From Octopus sinensis (Eukaryota): a DNA stretch of 64,000 nucleotides. The notes beneath the pieces were generated by a model. The model made no database searches and was not told the origin of the DNA. It saw nothing but the letters and a program-made list of their open reading frames with translations. This document shows positions 49,825 to 62,414 of the stretch, one piece after another. The DNA is taken from assembly GCF_006345805.1 (NCBI RefSeq), contig NC_043022.1, positions 3,968,001 through 4,032,000 on the forward strand. Reading direction: 5' to 3'. Numbering within the stretch: position 1 is the stretch's first letter; each line of letters begins with the position of its first letter. Position numbers and translations under genes: made by a program.

Positions 49825-50642
49825 GTCGTCGTTTAACGTCCTCTTTCCATGCTACCATGGGTTGGTCAGTCTGACTCAGGGCTGGCAAGCTAGAAGGCTG
49901 CACCAAGCTCCAATCTGATCTCGCAAGGTTTCTATGGCTGGATGCCCTTCCTGACGCCAACCATTCCGAAAGTGTTGTGGGTGCTTTTAATGTGCCACTA
50001 GTATGAGGGCCAGTCAGGCGGCACTGGCATCAACCATGCTCGAATGGTGCCTTTTACATGTCACTGTCACGAGTGCCAATCGGGCCGTACTGTCATCAGC
50101 CACAACAATGACTTCACTTGCCTAAACAGGTCTTTGCAAGTGCAGTTTATTGCCCATGATTGAAGGGTGCTCTTAAATGGGCTGGTTATGCTCCACTGGC
50201 ATAAGCCACTGTTACGGTCTCACTTGGCTTGCCAATTCTTCTCAATCACAGCATATCTCCAGAGGTCTCCATTTTTGTCATTGCCTCTGTGAAGCCCAAT
50301 GTTCAAAGGTCATGCTTCACCACCTTGGGTCTTCTTGGGTCTACCTTTTCCACAAGTCCCCTCCACTGCTAGGGTGTGACGCTTTTTCACTCAGCTTTCC
50401 TCATTCACACGTAACACATGACCATACCAGTGCAGTCGTCTCTCTTGCACACCACATCTCATGCTTTTTATGTCCAACTTTTCTCTCAGGGTGCTTACAC
50501 TCTGTCGTGTATATGCACACTGACATTACACATCCAGCAGAGCATACTACCTTCATTCCTTGCAAGTTTACGCATGTCCACTGCAGTCACGGCCCATGTT
50601 TCACTACCATGTAGCATGGCTGTTCGCACACATGCATCATAC
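49825..50642 (-). mobile_element. 3' fragment of a related RTE LINE
   Basis: Reverse complement resembles the RTE C-terminus (53450-53800) plus the GGCGTTAGGAAGGGCATCCAG-type tail. Confidence 0.75.
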
Positions 50643-50759
50643 TCTTTGCTCTTTTACTTGTTTCAGTCATATGCATATATGCATATTATGTATAATTCAT
50701 TAGTTATCGTTGTCTATCGATTCAGCCTCGCGTCTCATTTAAATATAGAATAGATATTT

Positions 50760-53700
50760 AAGTTTTCCCTTACAGGGGTGATCGCAATGGCGGCCGATTT
50801 TTCGCGGGCTTCGATGTACACTTGAAGTTTTACGCTGCCCCCCACCGCTACAGGAAGTCCTAAATTTTCGCATCCCTGTTGTCTCCCATGCTCACTTCAA
50901 AGTCTTACGCCACCTGCTCCTCCTTCCATAAAAGGTAGTGGTCATTCATTGCAAGATATATTGGTAACGTACGCGGTTTGAACTTAGGTTTAATTGTCTG
51001 TCTATGAATCCTGCCAAACGCGAGTTTCTTTTCAGTTGCATGATGCTACTAGGTCCAATGCCTCCCACTCCCTCAGGGTTGGCACCCTCAACGTTGGCAC
51101 ACTGAAAGGCAGATCTGGCGAGATCGTTAAATTGCTTGAACGGAGGTGTGTAGATATATGCTGTATTCAAGAGGTGAGGTGGAGAGGAGGTTCTGCTAGG
51201 TTCCTCACAGGTAAAGGACAGAGGTACGAGATTTTCTGGGCTGGGAATACTGAAGGGGTCGGGGGAGTGGGTATGCTTATTGCCGAAAAATGGGTAGGTA
51301 AGGTAATCGAGGTAGTCAGAGTATGTGACAGAATACTCAAGATTAGATTAGTGCTCCATCATAGTTTTAGCAAACTATAATCGGCCTATGCCCCTCAGCC
51401 AGAGCTACCTGAGGACAGAAAGACTGTTTCTATGACACCCTTCTGCAGACCACCTCATTGACGAACGACAGGGACCTTCTCTTTGTGGCTGGTGACTTCA
51501 ATGGGCATGTTGGACGATATGCTGAGGGCTTCTATGGCGTTCATGGAGGCTATGGTTATGGTTCTCGCAATGAGGAGGGGGAACCAGGCTGCTGGAGTTC
51601 TGTGATGCGAATAGTCTTATGGTTTGCAACACTAACTTCAGGAAACGACAAGCCACTTGGTCACCTACCGTTCGGGCCAGCATACATAGCCAACTCGACT
51701 ACTCCTTGCCAGAAAAAGGGAAAGATGGCTGCTTATAAATGCCAAAACCTTCCCAGGCGAAGAATGTACACCACAACTTAGACTGGTGCAAAGTTTCCAC
51801 AAGACCCAAAATAACGTGGTGGTGGAACAATACTGTTGTCAGGGCTATTAGACAAAAGAAACAGGCTTGGAAGGACTGGAAGAACGGTGGTAGCAGGGAA
51901 GTGTATCAGACTGCAAGAAGGGAAGCTAGGAGGCAGGTGTATTTAGCCAGAGGGGAAGCAGATAAGAAAAAATTTGCCAATGTCCTGCACCGTGAGGATG
52001 AAAGACTTGAGGTATTTCGTATAGCAAGACAGTGTGTGAGAGAGAATCGTGACGTGGTAGGAGAAAAATGTGTTCGCACGGATGACGGCTCACTTGCGCT
52101 AAATGAGGATGCAAAGAGAGAGGTTTGGAGACGCCACTATGAAAGGTTACTGAATGAGGAAAATGAATGGGATAAAGAGAGTCTGCCGAATGTTGACCCA
52201 ACAGAGGGACCAGCAATCCGAGTTGACAGTTCCTTAGTAGTTAAGGCAATTATAAGCATGAAAACAAGGAAAGCCCCAGGCCCATCAGGAATTACTGCAG
52301 AGATGCTCAAAATACCTTGTAGTGCCGGCTATAGCCTAGTCACCTGTATAGTTAACCAGGTGATACACAAAGGAGTCATTCCCAATGACTGGTGTAGCAG
52401 CATAATAGTCAGCTGCTACAAAGGTAAAGGTGACGCCCTAGATACAAATAACTACAGGGGTATCAAGCTGCTAGATCAGGTAAGGAAGGTTACGGAGAGG
52501 GTTATAGCCCAACTAATTAGAGAGAGAGTTAGCTTAGATCAGATGCAGTTTGGGTTCGTGCCAGGGAAAAGTACTACTGATGCTATATTCCTGGTAAGAC
52601 AGCTGCAGGAGAAATACCTAGCCAAAGACAAGCCCCCTATACCTGGCTTTTGTCGATATAGAGAAAGCCTTCGACAGGGTCCCCCGATCCCTTATCTGGT
52701 GGTCAATGAGGAAACTAGGGATAGATGAATGGTTAGTGAGAGCTGTGCGAGCCCTGTACAGAGACGCTGCTAGTAAGGTGAGGGTTGGCATCGAGTACAG
52801 TGAAGAATTCAGGGTAGAGGTTGGGGTCCACCAAGGTTCAGTCCTCAGTCCCCTCCTATTTATCATAGTCCTCCAGGCAATAACGGAGGAATTCAAGACA
52901 GGATGCCCCTGGGAGCTCCTCTATGCTGATGACCTTGCTCTAATTGCTGAGTCTCTATCAGAACTGGAGGAGAAGTTTCAGGTGTGGAAGCAAGGTTTAG
53001 AATCGAAGGGCCTTAGAATCAACCTTGCCAAAACCAAAGTCCTAATAAGTAGGAAGGTAGACCAATCACAAACGCCTTCAGGTTGATGGCCTTGCTCGAT
53101 CTGTAGAAAAGGCGTAGGTAGAAACTCTATAAGATGCACCAAATGTAAGCTATGGACACATAAGAGATGTAGTAATGTCAAAGGAAGACTAACTAGGAAA
53201 ATAGTTTTTATCTGTGGCAGATGCTCAGGAGCAATAAACTCTGAAAATATGCAGAGACCAACTTCTATCACGTTTCCGGGAAAAAATTAGAAGTAGTTGA
53301 TAGCTTCTGCTACCTAGGTGACCAAGTCAGTAGCGGGGGCGGGTGTGCTGAAAGTGTAACTGCTAGAGTAAGAATAGCCTGGGCAAAGTTTAGAGAGCTC
53401 TTACCTCTGCTGGTGACAAAAGGCCTCTCGCTCAAAGTAAAAGGCAGACTGTATGATGCATGTGTACGTACAGCCATGCTACATGGTAGTGAAACTTGGG
53501 CCGTGACTGCTGAGGATTTGCGTAAGCTCGCAAGAAATGAAGCTAGTATGCTCCGTTGGATGTGTAATGTCAGTGTTCATAGTCGACAGAGTGTAAGCAC
53601 CTTGAGAGAAAAGTTGGACCTAAGAAGCATCAGATGTTGTGTGCAAGAGAGACGATTGCGCTGGTATGGTCATGTGGCGAGAATGGATGAAGATAGGTGT

Positions 53701-54568
53701 GTGAAAAAGTGCCACACTCTGGCAGTTGAGGGGACCTGTGGAAGAGGTAGACCCAGGAAAACCTGGGACGAGGCAGTGAAGCATGACCTTCGAACTTTAA
53801 GTCTCACCAAGGAAATGACTAGAGACCGAGACCTATGGAAGTATGCTGTGCGTGAGAAGACCCAGCAAGACCAATGAGAACAGTCAAAATCAAACCAAAT
53901 CAAATCAGAAAGCAGAACCAAAATTGAGGTCGATCAACATCAGTGGAAATTGCAGCTGTGGTTAAGCGAACCATCCGATTGTGGTCGTTGCCGGCACCGC
54001 CCCGTGTGGCCTCTGTGCCGGTGGCACGTAAAAGCACCATCCGTTCGTGTCCGCTGCCAGCCTCGCCTGGCCCCCGTGCCGGTGGCACGTAAAAGCACCA
54101 TCCGTTCTTGTCCATTGCCAGCCTCGCCTGGCCCCCGTACCGGTGGCACGTAAGTGCACCATCCGTTCGTGTCCGTTGCCAGCCTCGCCTGGTCCCCGTG
54201 CCGGTGGAACGTAAAAGCACCATCCGCTCGTGTCCGTTGCCAGCCTCACCTGGCCCCCGTGCCGGTGGCACGTAAAACCACCATCCATTCGTGTCCGTTG
54301 CCAGCCTCGCCTGGGCCCCGTGCCGGTGGCACGTAAAAGCACCATCCGTTCGTGGCCGTTTGCCAGCTCTGTCTGGCACCTGTGCGGGTGGCACGTAAAA
54401 AGCACCCACTACACTCACGGAGTGGTTGGCGTTAGGAAGGGCATCCAGCCGTAGAAACACTGCCAGATCTGACTGGGCCTGATGAAGCCTTCCGGCTTCA
54501 CAGACCCCAGTTGAACCGTCCAACCCATGCTAGCTGGAAAACGGACCCTAAATGATGATGATGATGAT
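50760..54568 (+). mobile_element. RTE-clade LINE, near full length but disrupted (APE endonuclease, RT, PHD-like finger, VNTR 3' UTR, (GAT)n tail)
   Basis: LRVGTLNVGTL...CCIQEVRW, VAGDFNGHVG, NYRGIKLL, QFGFVPGKSTTDAIF, VHQGSVLSPLLF, LLYADDL, RRLRWYGHV. Frameshifts, a stop at 53084 and an apparent internal deletion near 51780. 5' edge approximate. Confidence 0.93.
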
Positions 54569-54658
54569 GCATATATATATATATGCATATATATATATAT
54601 ATATATATATGCATATATGCATATATATAATATATATATATATATGCATATATATATA

Positions 54659-54750
<92 letters not shown>

Positions 54751-55329
54751 GAAGGGTTTCTTTCAGTTTCCGTCTTCCAAATCCACTCACAAGGCTTTGT
54801 CGGCCCTAGGCTATGTTAGAAAACACTTGCCCAAGGTGCCATGCAGTGGGACTGAACCCGGAACCATGTGGTTTGTAAGCAAGCTACTTACCACAGAGCC
54901 ACTCCTATGCCTATACTGTCTCCCTATTATTCTGAGCAAGATACCCTTTGTTACCAGCAGAGGTAGGAGCTCTCTGAACTTTGACCAGGCTATTCTTATT
55001 CCAGTAGCTACACTCTCAGAGCAACTGCTCCCACTACTAACTTGCTCACCTATAATGTGTGTGTATATATATACACACACACACACACACACATATACGT
55101 GTGTATGTTTGTTAATCTCACATTAATTGATAACTAGTGTTGGTTTGTTGACGTCCCTGTGGCTGAGCAGTTTGTGGGTGAGGGGAAGAAACTGGCGTTG
55201 ATTGGATTAACCCTTTCAAGGCAATGTCGCAGCATGGCCTCAGCCCAATAACTAAGTCCAGTCAAAGAATAAAACAACATCGCACACATTGGCTTCACTA
55301 AAACTCTTGAATGCTGTGCTCCAGCCTGA

Positions 55330-58300
55330 CCTCTCCCCAATAACTAGATCCAATAAATCAGAACCAGTGTCTGTGCGACAACTCACAGCAAAGGGTCGTA
55401 CCGGAGTGCCTTGCTCAGCAACTTACCTGTGGCTCGTAGGGAGTTGCTGAACCAGCCACTCATGAATTAATTGCCATTGGAGTGCCGGAAGATGTGGTAG
55501 ATCTGCAGGCATTCATTGGAAACGCAGCTAGGGATCTCAGCTGTGTCCCTCCAAAAAGTGCTTCCCGCCTTGGCCGACCGGGATCCAAACCTAGGCTGAT
55601 CAGGCTGTTGTTTACGGGCTTTACTGAGGCGCGGACATTCCATCTGGCTGCTGATAGAGCTCGGCATGACAACGTAATCAACTTTAGAACACGTCCTGGC
55701 CTACCACCTGATGTACGCCCAAAGCTATGATCTGTAGCTTCCCTAAATCGCAACTCTGTGCCACGGGAGAGTTTTAGCCTCCGCGATGATGGGCAAATCT
55801 GGAAATTTGTCAAGTCTGGTGAGTCGTGGATAAGGGATGCCAGTTGGACTGAGCAGACTGCACCCACAACAACAACTGGCAATACAAAAATCTTGGGAAA
55901 CTAACCAAGAACAATCAGCCATCCCCTGTATATCATCATCTGAAATCCAGATATAAACTGCTGTCCTTGAATGCCCGTAGTTTATGCAACAAGGTGCATC
56001 CTTTTGACTCCTACGTCAAAAGTATCAACCCAGATTTCATCACAGTCACGGAAACATGGGCACACTCTGCACTCTGTGATAGAGTTTTCAGCATAGCCGG
56101 CTACAACCTGTTCTGCAAAGACTGCATTAATCGCCGTGGAGGGGGTGTAATGATTTATGTTCGATCAAATCTATCGGCTATCCCCTGTGATGATTTGAAC
56201 CAATCTCAGCAGGAAGTATTTTTCTGCAATATACACATGACCATGTCAACACTTCTGCTCAGAGTTGCTTACCACCCCCCAAATTATCGTCAAGACGCAC
56301 AGCTTTTTGATATCCTCAGAGCTGCTGCGTATGTTTATATTGCGGGCGACTTCAATTTCCCTGAGATTGACTGGGAGGCCTTCCGTTGGCCGCAAAGTGT
56401 AGACGATTTCCTTGAACTGGTGCTGAATTCAAATTGGTCCCAAGTCGTTACCTCCCCCACAAGAGGCAACAACACTTTGGATCTGCTACTTACTGCTTCT
56501 CCTGAAACAATCATTAGTGTCACTACTGAAGAACCCTTAGGTGACTCTGATCATTCCATGATCATGGCCGACTTGTCTCTGATTGGTTGTAACAAAAAAC
56601 ACAACCATCTTCAAACTGCCCGCTTTGACTGGAATAAAGCAGACTGGAGCTCTTATTGTACTGAGCTGCAACGCCCAAACTGGCTCGAATTTTATGCCTC
56701 TGGAGATCTGGACATTATACTCCAGAACATATTGAATTCAATATGAGCGGCATGTGCAGCATCAGTACCATGCAAGCACAAAAAACCACCCAATACTGCA
56801 ATTTGGGAAACTACAGCAGTCCGACTTTCCAGGAAAGAACGCCGTAATGCTGAACAGGAATACAAATTGCACAAATCAGAGGTCAACAGGAAAAAGCGCA
56901 ATAGGTCAGCCAACCACCTCAAGAAGGTGCATTCGAACAGCGCATAGCAACCAATCCTGACAGCAAAGTGTTCTGGAAGTATGTACACTCAAAGCAGAGA
57001 CCCCACTCTCCAGTTGGTCCCCTTTGCAATCCCCACACAGGACAGATTACTGGCAATCCCGAAGAATGTGCAGAAATCATTGCTGGATGCTATGCCGGCA
57101 TCTTTACTGTCGAAGACCAAAATGTTCCATCTTCAGCACCACTGACATCGGACTCTATATCTACTATGCAATTTACACCAGCAATGCTACAACGCCACCT
57201 TAAGAATAAACGTAACTATGCCTCTCCTGGTCTCGATGGTGTTACATACTTACTTCTCAAATGCGGTGGGTACTTTCTTCTAAGCCAACTTCCTCTATTC
57301 TTCCAATTCTGTCTTGACAATGGTGTTACTCCAGAACAGTGGAAAACTGCCAGTGTTATCCCTCTGTTCAAAAAAGGCGGCCGCACATCGCCTGTCAACT
57401 ATCGCCCCGTTAGTCTTACTAGCTCCATCGCCAAACTGATGGAATCCTGTATCAGGGAAACCCTCTGGAACTTCTGGAAGTCTCACAGCCTCATCCAGCC
57501 GTCACAATTTGGATTTATTCCTAACTCCAGCTGCTGTAATCAACTCATCGAGTTTCTTGAGGGCGTTACCCAAATCACTGATCACGGATCCTGGGTGGAT
57601 GTTGTTTACCTGGACTTTGCTAAGGCTTTTAACTCTGTGCCACACAAAAGACTTATGGTGAAGCTCTCTGTGTTGGGCGTAAGAGACAAACTCTATAACT
57701 GGTTGAAGTCCTTTATTTTCGGCCAAAAAGAGGTTGTCACAGTTCTAGGACAGCACTCTTCGCCCTATGAGATGACATCTGGTGTACCACAGGGATCTGT
57801 TCTTGGCCCCCTTTTATTTGTTGCATATGTTAATGACATAGATGCCAACTTAAAGAATGCCACAGTGCTGAAATATGCAGATGACATCAAGCTGTACCTC
57901 GAAATAAAGAGGTCAGATCCTGTATACTATTGATCTCTATTGCAAGCAGACCTGGACACAATGCAGCAGTGGATCATGGACTGGCAACTCAAGCTGGTTG
58001 TGGACAAATGTACCACTATGCATTTTGCGGGGAGAAACCCAGCGTCCACCTACTCCCTCCACAACACTAGTCTCAAAAAGTCTTCATGTGAACGTGACCT
58101 GGGTGTTATTGTCGAGAGTGATTTGCATTGGACAAAACACATCACTAAAATTGTTAAGAAGGCTGAGGGTGTCTTGGCATCACTCACCAAATCCTTTGTG
58201 AGCCGCTCTCCGACTATCTATCTGCGGCTTTATATAGCTATGGTAAGACCTCACCTGGAATTTGCATCACCGGTCTGGAACCCCTATCTTGGCCAGGATA

Positions 58301-58845
58301 TCAATCATCTGGAAGCCGTTCAGCGACGTGCAACCAAAAGAATACCTTCCATCAGGCATTTGCCATATTCTGAACGCCTTACTTCCCTGGGCATGGACAT
58401 ATTGAAACTCCGATGTCTGGTAGCTGACTTGGCAGACACCCATAAAATTATCAACCATCGTACAAACAATAACTCTGAGCACCTTTTCAAACTCCACCCA
58501 TCTAACACCCGTGGACATATTTACAAAGTCAGAAAACAGCACAGCTCCCATGACTTCAGGAAATATTTTTTCACACTGAGAGTTGCTGAAGCATGGAACA
58601 AACTGCCGGCATCAGTTGTGAGTTGTCGGAGCACTGCATCCTTCAAAACTTACATGCTTCCTGAGATTCGCCAACACTACACCTGATTTTCTCCCCTCCA
58701 TACACACACAAGCATGTATCTGACTCATACATTGTTCGCTTTCCAGACATTTGTACATTACTGCATATGCTTTATACGCACTGTCTGACAAGTTGTGGTG
58801 CACCTGAGCACTGTATACAATTATTTCATTATATATTATATTATA
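55330..58845 (+). mobile_element. CR1-type LINE, near full length, disrupted (ORF1 remnant, APE, RT, ATT-rich tail)
   Basis: LNARSL..ITVTETW, AGDFNFPEIDW, TLDLLLT, SDH, NYRPVSLTS, VYLDFAKAFNSVPH, GVPQGSVLGPLLF, KYADDIKLY, VRPHLEFASPVWNP, NTRGH..K. A few premature stops. 5' edge approximate. Confidence 0.93.
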
Positions 58846-58913
58846 AATCAACCTAGAACAGTAAAGAAACTTGCTGCCGTTTGACACCATTGTCAATATG
58901 TTGTTTTCCACAG

Positions 58914-58987
58914 ATGTCACCTGGGTTATCCATATTCATACCTGTGACTCTGCCATGTTAAGACTGGAAGAAAAACAGATTCTAAAG
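58914..58987 (+). CDS. MAD2L2: MAD2L2/REV7 exon 5
   Basis: (D)VTWVIHIHTCDSAMLRLEEKQILK. CCACAG acceptor, GTATGT donor, phases fit. Confidence 0.9.
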
Positions 58988-59215
58988 GTATGTATTACTC
59001 TTTACTCTTTTACTTGTTTCAGTCGTTTGACTGCGGCCATGCTGGAGCACTGCCTTTAATCGAGCAACTCGACCCCGGGACTTATTCTTTTGTAAGCCCA
59101 GTACTTATTCTATCGGTCTCTTTTGCCGAACCGCTAAGTGACGGGGACATAAACACACCAGCATTGGTTGTCAAGCAATGCTAGGGGGACAAACACAGAC
59201 ACACAAACACACACA

Positions 59216-59257
<42 letters not shown>

Positions 59258-59258
<1 letters not shown>

Positions 59259-60063
59259 CTCGTCTGGCACCCGTGCCGGTGATACGTAAAAGCACCATTC
59301 GCTCATGGCCGTTTGCCAGCTCTGCCTGGCCCCGTGTCGGTGGCACGTAAAAGCACCATCCGTTCGTGTCCGTTGCCAGCCTCGCCTGGCCCCCGTGCCG
59401 GTGACACGTAAAAGCACCGTCCGTTCGTGGCCGTTTGCCAGCTCTGTCTGGCCCCCGTGCCGGTGACACGTAAAAGCACCGTCCGCTCGTGGCCGTTTGC
59501 CAGCTCTGTCTGGCAACCGTGTCGGTGGCACGTAAAAGCACCATCCGCTCGTGGCCGTTTGCCAGCTCTGTCTGGCAACCGTGTCGGTGGCACGTAAAAG
59601 CACCATCCGTTCGCGTCCGTTGCCAGCCTCGGCTGGCCCCTGTGCCGGTGACACGTAAAAGCACCGTCCGTTCGTGGCCGGTTGCCAGCTCTGTCTGGCC
59701 CCGTGTCGGTGACACGTAAAAGCACCATCCGTTCGCCAGCTCTGTCTGGCACCTGTGCAGGTGGCACGTAAAAGCACCGTCCGTTCGTGGCCGGTTGCCA
59801 GCTCTGTCTGGCCCCGTGTCGGTGACACGTAAAAGCACCATCCGTTCGCCAGCTCTGTCTGGCACCTGTGCAGGTGGCACGTAAAAAACACCCACTACAC
59901 TCGCGGAGTGGTTGGCATTAGGAAGGGCATCCAGCCGTAGAAACACTGCCAGATCTGACTGGGCCTGACGAAGCCTTCCAGCTTCACAGACCCCAGTTGA
60001 CCCGTCCAACCCATGCTAGCATGGAAAGCGGACGCTAAACGATGATGATGATGATGATGATGA
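59258..60063 (+). mobile_element. RTE-tail/VNTR element inserted into the (TA)n middle of a family A SINE
   Basis: SINE halves at 58995-59250 and 60065-60232 flank it. Confidence 0.85.
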
Positions 60064-60727
60064 TATATACGACGGGCTTTTTTCAGTTTCCGTCCACCAA
60101 ATCCACTCACAAGGCTTTGGTCGGCCCGAGGCTATAGTAGAAGACACTTACCCAAAGTGCCATGCAGTGGGACTGAACCCGGAAATTGTGGTTGGTAAGC
60201 AAGCTACTTACCACACAGCCACTCCTACGCCTATTTTATTTATTTATTTCATCAGCATCATCATTGTTTCCTGTCTGTTTTCCGTGCTAGCATGTGTTGG
60301 ATGGTTTGCAAAGAGCTGGTAAGGCCGACTGCTGTATCAGATTCTACTGTCTGTTTTGGGGTGGCTTCTACAGCTAGATGCCCTGAGATTACAGACTTGC
60401 TGGGGCACCACCTTGAAGGGTTTTGTCAAACAAACTGACACCAGAATGTTCTTTTAAGCCAGGTACTTATTCTCTCAGTCACGTTTTGTCAAACCATTAA
60501 GTACAGGGAGGTTAACAAACTAACACTGGTTGTCAAGCAGTGGTGAGAGACTAACACAGACTGACAGACACACACATAAATATCTACAAAATCAATAGAT
60601 GCCACAAAAGTGACGGAAGGTGCTGGCCAGCACTGCTTATGCTAAAAATAAGAATTAAATTAACCCTAGGACCGCTCAAGCCCTATACTTAATGACTGAC
60701 GAAGGGAGGTAACTCCCTTGCGTGTAT

Positions 60728-60783
60728 AGCCATATCGCAATTTCGAATTTCGGTGAAGACCATCTTAATTCTCATCAGTGACT
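60728..60783 (-). ncRNA. Type I hammerhead ribozyme motif, intact core
   Basis: AGTCA-CTGATGA-GAATT-(17 nt)-AATTC-GAAAT-TGCG-ATA-TGGCT. All three stems pair, AUA triplet. Confidence 0.72.
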
Positions 60784-60946
60784 CTTAACGCCTAGGGTGA
60801 AACTTAACTACCCTTATCAATCTTAAAAGAAAAACCACTGAATGACAAGGAGCACCGCCTTTAATCTATCGGTCTCTTATTCCGAACCGCTAAGTAACGA
60901 GGACATAAACACACCAGCATCGGTTGTCAAGCAATGCTAGGGGACA

Positions 60947-61038
<92 letters not shown>

Positions 61039-62321
61039 AGGTTTGGAGATGATGTACAGGTATTATATATTAGAAGAAATGAGGTAATCATATCATTCAG
61101 ATTATTAGCGCTTTCTCCCATTCCAGTGGGGTTTTCAAATCAAATTGATTTGAAAACCCCACTGGAATGGGAGAAAGCGCTAATAATCTGAATGATATGA
61201 TATATATATGTAAAAAATGTAATATATAAATAAATATCTATAAATATGAACCATCCGATCTTCTGATTACCTCATTTCTTCTAATATATATATATATATG
61301 TATACGATGGGCTTCTTCCAGTTTCCGTCTACCAAAACCACTCGCAAGGCTTTGGTCGGCCCTAGGCTAATGTAGAAGACACTTGCCCAAATCCACTCGC
61401 TTCTTTGATGAGAATTAAGATGATCTTCACCAAAATTCAAAATCGCGATATGGCTATACACGCAAGGGAGTTACCGCCCTTTGTTAGTCATTAGTGCTTC
61501 AGTGGACTTGGGGTTAATCTAACTCTTATTTTAACATAAGCTGTGCTGGCCAGCAACTTCCATCACTTTTGTGACCTCTATTAATTTTGCCTTGAGGTTC
61601 ATCATCATCATCATCATCGTTTGATGTCCATTTTCCATGCTGGCACGAGTTGGACGGTTTGACTATTCTAATTACAAATAAGCCACTCTTTTAAATTGTT
61701 GTTCATAAATATATACATATATTCGCACACAGATATATGATGGGCTTCTTTCAGTTTCCGTCACCCAAATCCACTCACAAGGCTATAGCAGAAGACACTT
61801 GCCTAAGGTGCCACACTGTGGGGCTGAACCTGGAACCATGTGGTTGGGAAGCAAGCTTCTTACCACACAGCTGCATCTGTGGCCATCATCATCATCATCA
61901 TCGTTTAACGTCCGTTCTCCATGCTAGCATGGGTTGGACGGCTCGACCGGGGATCTGGGAAGCCAGAAGGCTGCACCAGGCTCCAATCTTATCTGGCAAT
62001 GTTTCTACAGCTGGATGCCCTTCCTAACGCCAACCACTCCGTGAGTGTAGTGGGTGCTTTTTATGTGCCACCTGCACAGGTGCCAGGCGAGGCTGGCAAT
62101 GGCCACGGTCGGGTTGGTGTATTTTACGTGCCACCGGCACGGAAGCCAGTCGAGGCGGCGCTGGCATCGGCCACGAGTCGGATAGTGCTTTTTACGTACC
62201 ACCAGACCAGTGATCCTGGCCGGTTCAATTCGATTTCGATTTGTCCAAAGTAAAGCATAGATCCAAACTCTGTCTCTTTGTGATTTAAAGCTGGTGTCAA
62301 AAAGCATTTTGTCTTTTGTAG

Positions 62322-62414
62322 AATTTTCCTTGGATTGAAGCTGAAGAAAAACAGAAAAACATGTCCAATTCGTCGCTGGTGCCAATGAAGACTGTGAATT
62401 CAGATATTGTGAAG
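62322..62414 (+). CDS. MAD2L2: MAD2L2/REV7 exon 6; final exon not found in the window
   Basis: NFPWIEAEEKQKNMSNSSLVPMKTVNSDIVK matches FPWI.A....L.P.KT..SDI.K. TTGTAG acceptor, GTAAAG donor. Confidence 0.93.

Noticed and set aside
50700-50990. HDV-like ribozyme expected in an RTE 5' UTR
   Set aside because: I could not identify the nested double pseudoknot by eye; this needs a descriptor search.
60696-60722. CTGACGA-AGGGAG-GTAA-CTCCCTT hairpin on the + strand as a second ribozyme
   Set aside because: The hairpin is followed by GCGTG rather than GAAA, so the core is incomplete.
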